Positions 14,299 through 27,001 of a stretch of 64,000 bases of DNA are shown here, piece after piece. Numbering within the stretch: the stretch's first letter is position 1; the number at the start of each line of letters is the position of its first letter. The position numbers were made by a program, and so were the translations under genes. The DNA is taken from contig OX597819.1 in the NCBI GenBank assembly GCA_951406725.2, positions 61,628,001-61,692,000 on the forward strand, read 5' to 3'. The notes beneath the pieces are model-generated. The model saw only the letters and a program-made list of their open reading frames with translations, searched no databases and was not told the origin of the DNA. The stretch comes from Octopus vulgaris (Eukaryota).

Positions 14299-17200
14299 AA
14301 TACACATACACACACTCCAGTCGCTTTCCTATGGCTACTGCAAAACAACTAACTCGGGGTAAACATCGTGCGGATCTTCAACATAGAAGTATGCTTCTAC
14401 AACAACCAGAGAATCTCTGTGAACAAACTAACATTTATAAACCGTTCCCAACTCGTAGAAGCTGTGATAGACACCGTGACGCTTAAATAAAAACTATGGC
14501 AAGTATGGACTGTTTCTTCTCTCAATTTATTTCAAGCATAAACCAGACAGAAATTGCTGAGGTTAGTGTTTCTCCTAATAATGTAAATTTTCTTTACTCT
14601 GGTACGGAAGATAATAAATCTAGAAACTTTTGCACTTCCTAAATTTCTTCCTCTTTAATATATAGCTTTCTTTTGTCCTATTGAAATCTACAATCAGAAA
14701 TATTCAGATTACTTTTCAGAGTAAAAAAGAATTGCTTTACGATGGCATTCTTAAATACGTTCCGTTAAATTTGAATGTGAATATGCTAATCGCTGTTGTA
14801 TTTCATCAACCTCTCCTTTCAGACGAATGTGTGTTCCCAACACATTCGATTCATTAGAGTAAAGGGACGTTGGGACACCCATTGTTTCGGTATCATTGTA
14901 TCTCCTCAGACAAAGCTAACCAGGTCAAGTAAATCAAGCAAGACTTTGTGGCTTTTGCTTGTAAATTTAGCACACAAAGTATTTGCTGATGTGTGCTGAT
15001 CTCTGCCAAGCAATAATAACTCAACATTTGCACGGACTAATTGCTGATTAGATTGTCTTCAATGCTTTTCTCTATTTGTCTATACGAAAATGGCCAACCC
15101 TCTTATTAATGTATCCTTCCAAATACTATCAGTGCCTTAAATTTACTATCATTGAACAAAAATCTGACAATCGTCTCGCCCTTCAGTTTCAGCAAAACCT
15201 TTCGAAGCTTCAACACAGCAGTATGGGCAAAAGCTCAAAAAGTACCATTGATAACTAATATTCATAAATCAAATATTCAATCAGTCTATATTCATATAAT
15301 ATTAATATACTGATAAATCAATCAGGTAATTGTACTTCTAAACTTAACAATTTCTACTAGCTCGAACGAATTTAGGGGAAGAGAAAGTAACCGTTATAAT
15401 TCACATACTTTTTCCAAGCACCCTAGAGACAAATTTGACGAGTAATGAAACATTACCTCGTCGAGAGATTTCATACAACACCGTATGCAAGTCATTTGCC
15501 AGAAAATGTCTCCACAAGTCACAAAGGCTCATATAATCGGTATTTAACTTATGACACTAGTATTAATTGGATGATTAGTGAATCTGTTAGCTGAATATAT
15601 TACAAATGCGACAAGCAAGTAACAATCCCAGAGAATCCGTTATCTATTTAGAAGAGTAATGAGACTGAGAAATAACTGGAACGCATAGTGTCTTATAATG
15701 GTGCCGCACATTTTATTTGTAATTTACGAGATCGTAGACGCCAGCCCATCCATTGTTCCAGTCCTAGTTACTAGGGTTGAGTTTAAAATGTTTTCTATCA
15801 CTGAGACACCCTGTATACGACATGAACTACTTGCCCAATACCAAGGACCATCTTCGTTTCTATTAGCATTACTTCGCACAAACACGTCATATGCTTGTCT
15901 CATAGCCGCAAGATATTCTTTGTTTATGTTGTGGTGAGAGTACGACACCCTCTGACGAGAATAAACGGGACAAATACTTATAAATAGCAGCGGTCTGACG
16001 TAGTCGGCAGATCATAGTTTGGTCTTCGAAGTCCAGGTACAGTTTAGAGTTCGAGTTAGTGTGTTGGAAATATTGATTGTTGGTTCGTAAAAGATTATTG
16101 GTTCGTTACGTGTTTGTTTACTGCCGCTGTTTCTACTTTGTATTGCTATAACAGTTACAGTGTATTCTTTATCTGTCATCGACAATATCAACCGTACTAC
16201 AACATTGGATATCACAGTTTACGTATTTTTTCTGTCACTGTCTTTGCTTATTCATTTCTTCGATATATACAATTTTCCCCATTCTGCTCATAAATCTTCT
16301 TTACTTACCGGGTCTAGAGACCAAATCTTTTTTTGATATTGTACTAGTCTCTTTTTTTTTTCTGTTTGTATTCATCTTTCATGTTCGTTTGTTTCCACTC
16401 CAGCATCTTATGTTGCTGATATCTTCAAATTGAAGAATGCTAGGTATCGAAATTCTAGTGATATTTGATCGCTAACTGATGAGAGATTGATAATGTCCGC
16501 GTCTATTTACGTACCTGTTTCCCTGTTAGTCTGTATTTGTCATCGCCCTGTGCCAGGTTCTTATTATTGATTTAAAAATATACGCAATGAATTTTGTGAA
16601 AACTAGTAATTAATACAGAAAGTAATTTCTGTTTATAACGTTTCATGTTTTCGTCATTAATTTCCGAAATTTTTTAACGTTATTTCAGTTGACAATGATA
16701 TATATTCTAAAATATATATTATGATAAATAACGGGCGCAAAATGTCATTATGTGAGTAATTTATAACAAATAATTGCTATAAATAATTCCTTAACACCCA
16801 TGTAAGTCTTTTTCGAAATCAAGTTTCGCGTGAAGTCCATTATAAACAAGATCTTTCCAGTAATGTGTTAGCTTGAAGCTGTTCAATAATGTTGTTCTAA
16901 TGCAGTCGTCTTAATTAATAAGTCATGAACAGATTCAGTTAACCACCCAACTTCATTAATTCACGCCTATAACTCAGTAACTGAAGCCGTATGACATAGC
17001 CTGTAAAGAGATCAAATTTAAGATACATATAGAATTTCTACTTAGCCTATAAATAAAAACTGCGATAGATGTATGTGAGATTCACAGTTGATCTGCTTAC
17101 TGGACAGAGGGGCACCTCTCTGGCGTCCGGGGCCAGTAGGGGGCTAGGTTTACGGGTTGCTATGATCCCGTTTAGGTGACTTCATCTTACCCCAGTGCGG

Positions 17201-18716
17201 AGGAGAAGGTAGTGTGGTGGACAAGGGGAAGAAGAATAAAAAGGAGAAGCAAAAGAGAAGAAAAGAAAGAGGACGAGGAAGGAGGAAGGAAGAGGAAGCA
17301 TGGTGGAATAGAGGATGGAGAAGAAGAAGAAGAAGAAGAAGAAGAAGAAGAAAGTTCAGGCTAAAAGCGAAAACAAAAGACGATATTAGCTGCATGTAAT
17401 CAATGCACGCCACAAATGATTAGGAAAATAAAGATATCCACATCAAGTACAGATTTTGCAGACAGTATAATAAGACAATTGGCTAATTCCTTTTCGACGG
17501 CCAAGTATCTGCTACGTTGAAGACACGATCGATCCGTCTGCTGTGACCAATGGGCAGTACGCCAACACTAGGTCGTGTAAAAGGACACTAGCATAAATAT
17601 ATACATAACAATGACTTGGCCACAATTATATAGGACATGTCTATCAAAACTGACAACAAAATTAAGGCAAATAGTCCGATATAGTCACCAGGGATTAAAC
17701 TATAATTTTTATTCTCAGGACATCTTGATCTCTTTTGACCAAAACATCACTCGGAAGAGTGTGGATAAAGGACATAAATTGTCAAAGTATAAAGAGCTTA
17801 CAACTGAAATTATCAGATTTCGTTTTTGGATTTGGTTTGCAAGATTCTTTATATGAGTTCGTGTGTTGAAACATATTCTGTTGTGTCTGGGGAGAGTCAT
17901 TTTCTTTTTGTGCCTTATAATGTAACACACTCACCGGTAAAATTTCCACTTATTTTTATTTTCCTAAAATTTTCGTTGCGCCTTGCAACCTTTTCAATAG
18001 TCTTGACTCTCTCCGTTATTTACACTGCGTTCTTTTTTTGTTTGTTTGTGCGCATGTGTGGGTCAGATGTTGCACAAAAAAGGAAAAGCTGTACCAGTAA
18101 TAATTTGAGCATCAGATATGAGTTTAAAATATAGATAAATGTATAACAAGTAATTCATGCGATTGTATATACCACAACCCTAATAGACCTACTTATACAG
18201 AATCGCCGTCCGATGATGAAACACGCCACACCACTCAACATAGTACATACAAAATACAATCAGTGACTAATGAAATAACACAACTCACATTGTACATATT
18301 CTACATAACAGAAAAAGCGCGTGTTTCACTGATAGATATAATGTTTATTCTTATGAATCTTGTATTGGATGTTTCATAGTTTTGGCACCAGTTTCTCGTT
18401 ATATTTTTTTCCCTTTTTCGTTTATTACTCTCAAGAAACTAAGAGGTCGCATGAGGCCTGTTTCATTGCTGGTTACTTGCCACCTTGTGGTGACTCTCAT
18501 TAAAAAAGACACTAATCAGCAAGTTAATTCGCTGGAGGCAAAACCGATGTACCCTAAATTAATCACATTTCTATAGCTCTAAAACTCATTTCTATAGCTC
18601 TAAAACACATTTCTATAGCTCTAAACTTGTACACAGTTCAGAACAGGAATGTGGAAGTGGGTGTAACAGGTGGTGAGGTAGAAACTCACATAAACCACTT
18701 GAAAACCCTAATAATG

Positions 18717-18771
<55 letters not shown>

Positions 18772-18773
<2 letters not shown>

Positions 18774-19050
18774 TCCCGTGGGATTTCCCAATCCAAATAG
18801 ATCAGGTACTAGAGCATAACAAACCAAATCTAGTGATGATGGACAAGATGCACCACATGAGCTATATAATAAATGTTCCACGAATAGCCAAGAAGGAGTG
18901 ACTGTGTGGTAAGTAGCTTGCCTACCAACCACATGGTTCCGGGTTCAGTTCCACTGCGTGGCACCTTGAGCAAGTGTCTTCAACTATAGCCCCGGGCCGA
19001 CCAAAGCCTTGTGAGTAGATTTGGTAGACGTAAACTGAAAGAAGTCCGTC

Positions 19051-19115
<65 letters not shown>

Positions 19116-19660
19116 TGTATGTGTGTGTATATGTTTGTGTGTCTGTGTTTGTCCCCACAGCATCGCTTGACAACCGATGCTGGTGTGTTTACGTCCCCGT
19201 AGCCTAGCGGTTCGGCAAGAGAGACCGATAGAATAAGTACTAGCCTTACAAAGAATAAGTCCTGGGGTCGATTTGCTTGACTAAAGTCGATGCTCCATCC
19301 CGACCGCAGTCAAATGACTGAAACAAGCAAAAGAGTAAAAGAGTAAAAAGAGTAAGGAAGGCGAGAAATTATGTATACAATCTTCTTGAGTACGAAATAG
19401 CCCGGCTGTGGAAAATGAAGAAGGTGAAGATAGTGCCAATTATTTTTGCGTCATTGAGGACAGTATCAAGAAAAATATAAAGGAAATTGGAATAGAGTGC
19501 CTAGTAGAACTGTAACAAATGGTTTGTCTCCTTGGCATGGCTAGAATAAACAGGAGAATATGAGATAGTTGAGAAGAATAGATAGCATGGTGCCATAGGG
19601 GGCAGGTAGCAAGGTCGCTATGCGTACACGACTACAGAAGTCCCTACAAAATCTGAGTTG

Positions 19661-19662
<2 letters not shown>
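18772..19662 (+). mobile_element. 5'-truncated, decayed R4/Dong-like non-LTR retrotransposon (restriction-like endonuclease region), interrupted by a SINE
   Basis: IPWDFPIQIDQVLEHNKPNLVMMDK, then after the SINE: LEYEIARLWKMKKVKIVPII...LLGMARI. Flanked by (TAA)n. Confidence 0.7.
18893..19355 (+). mobile_element. tRNA-derived CORE-like SINE family B with internal microsatellite
   Basis: A box tggctgtgtgg-like, B box gggttcagt.cc, CORE-like ccttg.gcaagtgtctt, internal (TA/TG)n, (GTAAAAGA)n tail. Confidence 0.8.
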
Positions 19663-19696
<34 letters not shown>

Positions 19697-19697
19697 T

Positions 19698-20827
19698 TAA
19701 GGAAATGGACAGGAAAGCCAGAAAAGTGATGACAACAAGAACTACACCCCAAAAGCGATACTGACAAAGCTGTATGAACATAGAAACAGGGGTGTAAGAG
19801 GCCTCATACGATGCAAGATCTGTGTTGTCGACGCGAAGAACAGTCTAGGATGGTACATGAAACAGCAGAGTGAATCCTTGTTTGCCGCGGTTAGAATGAA
19901 CAATATAATACCTACTGAAAATGTGATTCATTCACAAACATTTAAGAAATAAAAAGAAGAAGAAAGAGTAAACAACTGGAAAATGAATCCTCTGCATGGA
20001 CAATACTTCAGAGAAATCGAAGGAAAAGACAGGTACAACACTTGAAGATGGATAAGAAAGCGTGATCTGAAAATAAGCACTGAAGCATTAATATGCAGCA
20101 CCCAGGAACAAGCTCTGAGAACTAATTACACCAAGTTCCAAAAGAGTAGCGAATTGCCCCTTTGTAGGATGTGTGGCAGCAGAAGCGAAACAGTCTCACA
20201 TATTGTGAGTGAGCGTAGCACACTGGCCCCAAAGCACTACAAATGGAGGCACGATAACGTGGCTAAGTTCGTCCACTGGAGGCTATGTGAAAATTACGGC
20301 CTGAACAGAGCACAGAAATGATACGAACATGAACAAGAGTCGTCGTGAACAATGAATATAAGACACTGTGGGATTTTACAATCCAATTTGACTCTCTAAT
20401 CGATGCTCGGAGACCAGATATTGTGGTAGATAAAGGAAAAAGGGAAGCCAAGATCATAAATATTGCAATACATGGAGATGCACGCATGAGTGATAAAGAA
20501 CTAGAAAAGATTGAAAAGTACAGATTACTAAAAGACGAAATTTAAGAATGTGGACCACGAGGAGAGTGTCTGTTATTCCAGTAATTGTAGGGGCACTTGG
20601 AGCACTAGCAATCAAGTTCGAGAAATACGACAGAGAAATTGGAATTGACACGAGAGCAGAGCAAGCTGGGGACAGCTAGGATTTTGAGATTGGTATTTAA
20701 ATGTTGAATATCTTCCACGATAATTAACAACCAAGTATTAAAGCTTATAATGTGCGGAAAAAGACCCTGTGAGACCTCTGACAGCACAGAATCTACCAGA
20801 GCAAACAAGACCAAGCTCTCTGAGAAG

Positions 20828-20828
<1 letters not shown>
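19698..20828 (+). mobile_element. 5'-truncated, decayed R4/Dong-like non-LTR retrotransposon
   Basis: LHPKSD, HGQYFRE, TEALICSTQEQALRTN, zinc knuckle CRMCGSRSETVSHIVSE, RHDNVA, LWDFTIQ.D..I.ARRPDIVV...IAI..D....KE.EKIEKY, VIPVIVGALG. Flanked by (TAA)n. Confidence 0.85.
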
Positions 20829-20883
<55 letters not shown>

Positions 20884-21199
20884 TAATAATAATAATAATT
20901 TCTTTTATTAGCTACAAGGACATAAATGAGGAGTATACCCCAAGGACAGAAAACGATTTTACATAAAGGATGAGAGAAAAGAAATGGAAAAAAAAGTGAA
21001 ATGCGATTAAAGTACACACAGCATACAAAGTATGTAATAGAATGAATAATGCAGTCCTCCAGCCAATCAAGGAACCCCACACATCCAGGATTATCCTGAC
21101 CACTAAAGTTAGGTGCCTTCTCTCTTGCTCTCCTATCTACAGGCGTATATTTAATGTAGGTTCATTCATTCTAACCATAGCAATGACTAAAACAATAAT

Positions 21200-21537
21200 A
21201 ACAAGAGGATTCGGTGAGCGCAAACCTCCGCCAAGGCAACACCAGCGTCCTCTCAACGATTAGCCGGAGATGATTTTTAAAATGAGAATATCTGAAATAA
21301 ACTCGACTGCTTTCACAAACGAGAATACTAAAAATGAATCCGACTGCTCTCAAGTGAAAAAAAAACAGGAAAGATAATCCAGAATCCATGTTCGGTACCG
21401 GATCGATCCCAAAATCTAATCAGTCACGATGCCTGAAAGTTTCATCCGAATCCACCCAGCGGTTCTTGAGGTATCTTGTCCACGGACAAACAAACAAACA
21501 CGACTAAAAACAATATCTCTGCCTTCGCTAGGCGTAT
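21200..21537 (+). mobile_element. Helentron/DINE-like non-autonomous element in (TAA)n
   Basis: gagcgcaaacctccgccaaggc ... aaagtttcatccgaatcc...cggttcttgag...(ACAA)n...ccttcgcta; second copy at 54745-55020. Confidence 0.55.
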
Positions 21538-22544
21538 GTAATAATAATGAAGATGATGATGATGATGATGACGATGATGATCCTTTCTCATATAGGCACA
21601 AGGCCTGAAGTTTTGGAGGAAGGGGTTAGCTCGATTACATAGACCTCCAGACCTTGACTGATACTAATTTTATTGACTTCGACGGAATTTGAAATCAGAA
21701 CGTAAAGATCCGAAAGAAATGTTGCCAAACATTTTGTCCTACGCACTAATACGACAAGGTATTTTTCGACGCTCTAACGATTCTGCAGATTCGCCATTTT
21801 TAATGGTTTCTAATTTAGGCTCAAAGCCTGCAATTGACTGTTAATTTATTTTACCAACTCTGGAGGGATGAAAGGTGAACATGACCTCGGTAGGATTTGA
21901 ACTCAGAACGTCAAAAGCAAGGCTTTTTCCCCAACATGCACTGCACTGAGGTTATTAGTACTTGTCCGTATCCTTTCACTGGCTCTGCGTTCCGTCCATA
22001 GTAAAGACAATTAATTATCGCCGACTCAGATCACCAACCTGTAGATATCAAAAGTAGGTGGGTACCGCTCAGCGCTGTAAATAGCAGAAGCACAGAAAAA
22101 AAATGGACGAGTTATTAGCGCCAGAGTCTCAACTTCAAGACCTTCTATGAAGTAACATTAATGTTACTGCTTTGTTTAAGAAACACTACAGCCGCAACAC
22201 TAAAGTGGACCAAAGATAACATAAAAATGAAATAAAAGAAGAGAAACTGCTGCAACAAGAAGGAAAGGAATGTGAAGTAGGAAAATACGAAGGAAAAGTT
22301 ATGCCTAAGAAATTAACGTCATTGGAAACTATTATTATCATAGAAGAGCAAAATAACAATACTGTGTGCAAGTATGATAGGCATAAATGAAGGTGAATTC
22401 AAGTATGTCTGTCTAGAGATAGTTGCTGTAGAAATCATGCGCCGTATGAATGGAGAAAAATTTAATGGTGGCGTGAGTAGATAAAGTCAAGTGCATTGTA
22501 TATTAAGTGTATTGCATATTATAGTCGGTTAAAATAGAACGATA

Positions 22545-23160
22545 GATTAGAGAATGTGAGAGGAGAAGGAAGGTGAGTCAGTAAAGGAGATAGAGGGAGA
22601 GAGATCGAGAGAGGCTATGTGAGGAAAAAAGAGGAGAAATGGAAGTATTGTAGAGAAGAGTGGAGAAGCGGAAGGAGGTGAGAAAGAGAAATTAGTCAGA
22701 GAGAGAGAGAGAAGGAGAGAGATAAGGAAAGAGAAAAAGGTTTGTTGGAAGAAGAGAGAGAAGGAAAGAAATGAAATAGTATAAGAAAGAGGGAGAAGAA
22801 AAATAGGGTAAGAAAGAGAATTATCTAAGAAGAAAATGAAAACAGGAAGAGAAAGGGAAAGATTGATAAATATATTTAATTTAAAGAAAGAAAAGAGGAG
22901 AATGACAGAGAGAAACGACAAGATTATGAAGGAGAAAAGTGGAAAGAAAGAAGTGAGAATGAAAAGCGAAAAGGAAGACAAAAGAGAAGAAAAAGAGAAG
23001 TAGAAGAAAGGAAAAAATAAAGACATAAAATTGAGGAAAAGTTTATAGAAAGAGATAAAATAAGAAGAGAAAACGAAACAGATATAAAGAGAGAGGAACA
23101 GATATAAAGCGAAGATAATAGAGAGAGGGGTAGGAAGACAGAGAGAGTGAGAAAGAAAGC
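22545..23160. repeat. Polypurine (GA-rich) low-complexity tract
   Basis: About 600 bp that is almost all A/G on the + strand. Confidence 0.9.
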
Positions 23161-23167
23161 TATTAAA

Positions 23168-23470
23168 CGGTAGTTCTCAACTGAGGTTCATATGACCATT
23201 AGGGTCCACATAAGATTTTGTTGTTAAAATTTATGTCCAATAAACGGGTTATATTTCTATTACTGACAAACTAATTTTTGCAATTTTTATACAATTCCTG
23301 CAAGCGCAGGAGTGGCAGTGTAGTAAGAAGCTTACTTCCCAACCATATGGTTTCGGGTTCAGTCCCACTGAGTGGCACCTTGCACAAGTGTCTTCTACTA
23401 TAGCCTCGGGCCGACCAAAGCTTTGTGAGTGGATCTGGTAGACGGAAACTGAAAGAAGTCCGTCGTGTAT

Positions 23471-23503
<33 letters not shown>

Positions 23504-24142
23504 ATCAGCAAATGGAGAAAACTTTTGATCAACAAACAAACAAATTGGACTATATCTGTAGATTATTTTTTAATACAAAACATGACATAACATTTCTATG
23601 TCATAGAATGTTGCATTAAAAAATAACCTACAGGTGTGATCCAATTTGTTTGTTTCTTGATCAAAAGTTTTCTCCATTTTCTGTTTATTTAAACTAGATT
23701 CCTGATAACTTTTGTTTATTCTGCTGTTACCTGTACACTACGAGCATAGTGTGCCTACATACCCATGCCCAGCGATAGCACAGGTAACTGTTACCGACAG
23801 TAAATACGGGTATTTTCATCCCAGAGTCGCATCTCTGTTTTCGTATATATATGCATCTCACTTTTATTTTCATTCCTTTACGTCCCTCTGTATTTCATAT
23901 CTTCTCTTCAATAATTATTACTCCAACAGTTTCTCGCACTGTCTCTGATGAAGGGATATATAAAATATCCCGGAAACAGCTGTAAGACCTCTTTATAAAT
24001 GTTCTGAAAACTAAGAATAATTCCTAATAATGTTTAAATTGTAAAAATATAACAGGATTTTTTTAAACATCGAATGGCTGATCCATCTAAGTAAAATAGG
24101 GACCACAAGGGTCGACTGGCAAAGCATGGTTGAGAATCACTG
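23168..24142. mobile_element. Related hAT MITE carrying a nested SINE, a foldback and an HHR fragment
   Basis: Left end gtagttctcaa..ggttcatatga..agggtcca..taagatttt is similar to the 40249 element; right end ggttgagaatcactg. TSD not evident. Confidence 0.45.
23941..23988 (+). ncRNA. Type I hammerhead ribozyme (PLE-terminus type)
   Basis: gtct CTGATGA a gggatat ataaa atatccc g GAAA cagctg TA agac. Palindromic stem III, GUA site, A.G mismatch closing stem II. Confidence 0.8.
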
Positions 24143-24633
24143 CTGCAGAAGAATGGAGAGGGTTGAGGAAGATGTAAGAACCAGAAAAGCAGAGAAAAAA
24201 AGTTTTAAAAATTCTTTCTACTGGAAGCACAAGGCCTCACATTTGAGGGAAGGGATTAAGTCGATCACATCTACCCCAGTACGCAACTGGTATTTAATTT
24301 ATCGACCCCGAAAGGATGAAAGGTAAAGTCGACCTCGGTGGAATTTGAACTCAGAATTTAAAAACAAACGAAATAGCGCTAAGCATTTCACTCGGCGTGC
24401 TAACGATTCTGCCAGCTCGCCGCCTTGAATAAAGTGGGGGTGGGGAGATGAAGAGAAAATGATAACCCGAGGAGAAAGTAAGAGGGAGAGAGAGAGAGAG
24501 GTGAGGAGTAAGGATGCAGAAAGACTAATATGTGAAGAAACAGATGATGGTCAGAACCAAAATAAAATCTAAGAGAGGGATGATGAGAGGGAGAGTAGGA
24601 GAACGAGAAAGAAATGCAATGAGAAAAATATAT

Positions 24634-25025
24634 GTGTGGTAAGTAGCTTGCTAACCAACCACATGGTTCCGGGTTCAGTCCCACTGCGTGGCATCTTGGG
24701 CAAGTGTCTTCTGCTATAGCCCCGGGCCGACCAATGCCTTGTGAGTGGATTTGGTAGACGGAAACTGAAAGAAGCCTGTCGTATATATGTATATATATAT
24801 GTGTGTGTGTGTTTGTGTGTTTGTGTGTCTGTGTTTGTCCCCCTAGCATTGCTTGACAACCGATGCTGGTGTGTTTACGTCCCCGTCTCTTAGCGGTTCG
24901 GCAAAAGAGACCGATAGAATAAGTACTGGGCTTACAAAGAATAAGTCCCAGGGTCGATTTGTTCGACTAAAGCCGGTGCTCCAGCATGGCCGCAGTCAAA
25001 ATGACTGAAACAAGTAAAAGAGTAT
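24634..25025 (+). mobile_element. SINE family B
   Basis: Aligns with 18893-19355. Confidence 0.8.
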
Positions 25026-25774
25026 ATATAGGGAGAGAGGTGGGGCAGAGGAATGACGGCGCAGGCATTTGAAATCCACAGGTTGTGGTGGGAGGAAGGG
25101 TGAAAGTAAAAGTTTCTATCAGTCAAATAGATTGGGAAAGGAATTTTACAGCACGTTGCCAGTTCAACATTTTCAAGGAGTGACAGATTAGCGACGACTT
25201 ACATCAATAAAGAACTCACCGAAAGGAATGGCAAAGAGGAAAACGGAAGTGGTGGAATCCGGAAGCTCACGGCGTTGTGTCTGCGGCTGATATTAGTTTA
25301 ATCCCAGCTGCCAATTACTAAACATTCAATTAATTTTACTAATTGATACAGAAAAGAAAAACCTGTTGCTGTAAGAGTAAACAGATCAAAGCGAAGACAT
25401 TTTCAATTATTCACGTCGATAAAAAAGAATTAATTAATTAATTATTAACATACGTCATCCGTATGAATTTTTTTTTTTTTACTTATTTCATTCACTAGAC
25501 TGCGGCCATGTTGGTGCAATTTATTTGACTAAATTCCTTGAAGAGTTTGATCGAACAAATTCACATCAATAATTATAATTTTTTCAAAAAAATGTCTGCT
25601 ATTCATTCTAACAGTTTCTTTTGCTTAACCACTAAGTCACGTGCACGTAAACAAACCAATACTGCTTGTCAAGCAGTGTGGATGGAGGAGAAAACACACG
25701 CACAAAGGCATACCCCAGACATATACATAAATACATACAGACATAAGTATATATCTGTATAGAAATACATACAT

Positions 25775-25835
<61 letters not shown>

Positions 25836-25837
<2 letters not shown>

Positions 25838-26015
25838 TAATCCAAACATGAAAACACAAAGAAAAAACACAACAACGCGAGGACGTGGAACAAATATAGG
25901 ATTATTGGACGCTCAGGAAGGAAGGGAAGAAGGAGGGTTTTACGTTTCGAGCGGAGCTCTTCGTAAGAAACATAGGAAAAGGAAAGATCCAGAGAAGGGA
26001 AGACGGAGGAAAAAT
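25836..26015 (-). mobile_element. Short non-autonomous PLE-like element with minimal hammerhead (25937-25971, core CUUACGA, G5 mutated)
   Basis: Minus strand: gttt CTTACGA agagc tcc gctc GAAA cg TA aaac. Flanked by (TA)n on both sides. Confidence 0.6.
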
Positions 26016-26029
26016 ACATATATATATAT

Positions 26030-26130
26030 CTTCCGTGGAAGAGCGTAGGCTCGAAACGTTAAAGACTTTTTCACTTCCCGAGCGTTAAACTAATACATAT
26101 TCTTGTTGTCTACACCATCTGTCTTCGTCA
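26030..26130 (+). mobile_element. Short hammerhead-variant element, copy 1 (core CCGUGGA)
   Basis: ctt CCGTGGA agagc gtag gctc GAAA cg TT aaag, followed by the family tail (gagcgtta..ctaataca...tacacc..ctgtcttcgtc) shared with the copies at 34237 and 44498. Confidence 0.6.
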
Positions 26131-26952
26131 TTACAAGGGATCGGCAAAACGCCTCTCCAGCGCGTGGTGAGGCGTTTGCCAATCCCTTGTTATAATTATT
26201 GATATAATATAATATAGTATATATATATATATATATACCTCCCACACACGCACACAGCCTTCACACACACACACATGCACACACACACTCTCATATATGT
26301 ACATATAGTTATGTACAGTCACTTTTACACATTCGTGTTACAGGTACACACACACACATGATGATGATGATGATGATGATCCTTTCCATATAGGCACAAG
26401 GCCTAAAATTTTGGGCGAAGCGCTTAAATCGAGTACATACACCCTACCCCCACCTCCGAGCTCGACTGATACTTATTTTATCGACCACGACGGTGTTACA
26501 TACTGTTTCCGTTTACCAAACCCATTCACAAAGCATTGGTTAGCTCGGGTCTATAGTAGAAACCACTTACCCAGGGTGCTGCATTGTAAGACTGAACCCG
26601 AAAACACGTAATTGCAACGCAAACATCTTAACCACACGGCCAAGGCTGCGCATGTAATTGATTCAGTGTTATCGTATTTAATGCAGTGAGCATAAAACAA
26701 AATTGGAATTAGAAATGCTTAAGAAATAATTCCGAGCGTGTTTTCACCTTATTAAACATCTTCAGCGAATCATTGACTTCACCGAAGATGTGCGTAAGTA
26801 AAAGTGTCTTGTACTACAGTTCCGGGTCGACCGACGTCTTGTAAGTGAATTTGGTTGACGGAAACTGCGAGGAAACTCGTGATCTGTATGCATGCATATG
26901 TGTATGTATAGTAAAAACAACAGCAACAACAATAATAATAATGATAATGATA

Positions 26953-27001
<49 letters not shown>

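Noticed and set aside
14868-14915. Minus-strand CTGAGGA...GAAAca..tgTC
   Set aside because: Mismatches in stem II and stem I, which has only 3 bp; compatible with chance.
26729-26771. Minus-strand attcg CTGAAGA...GAAA acacgc TC ggaat
   Set aside because: Possibly a decayed HHR, but stems II and III do not pair convincingly.
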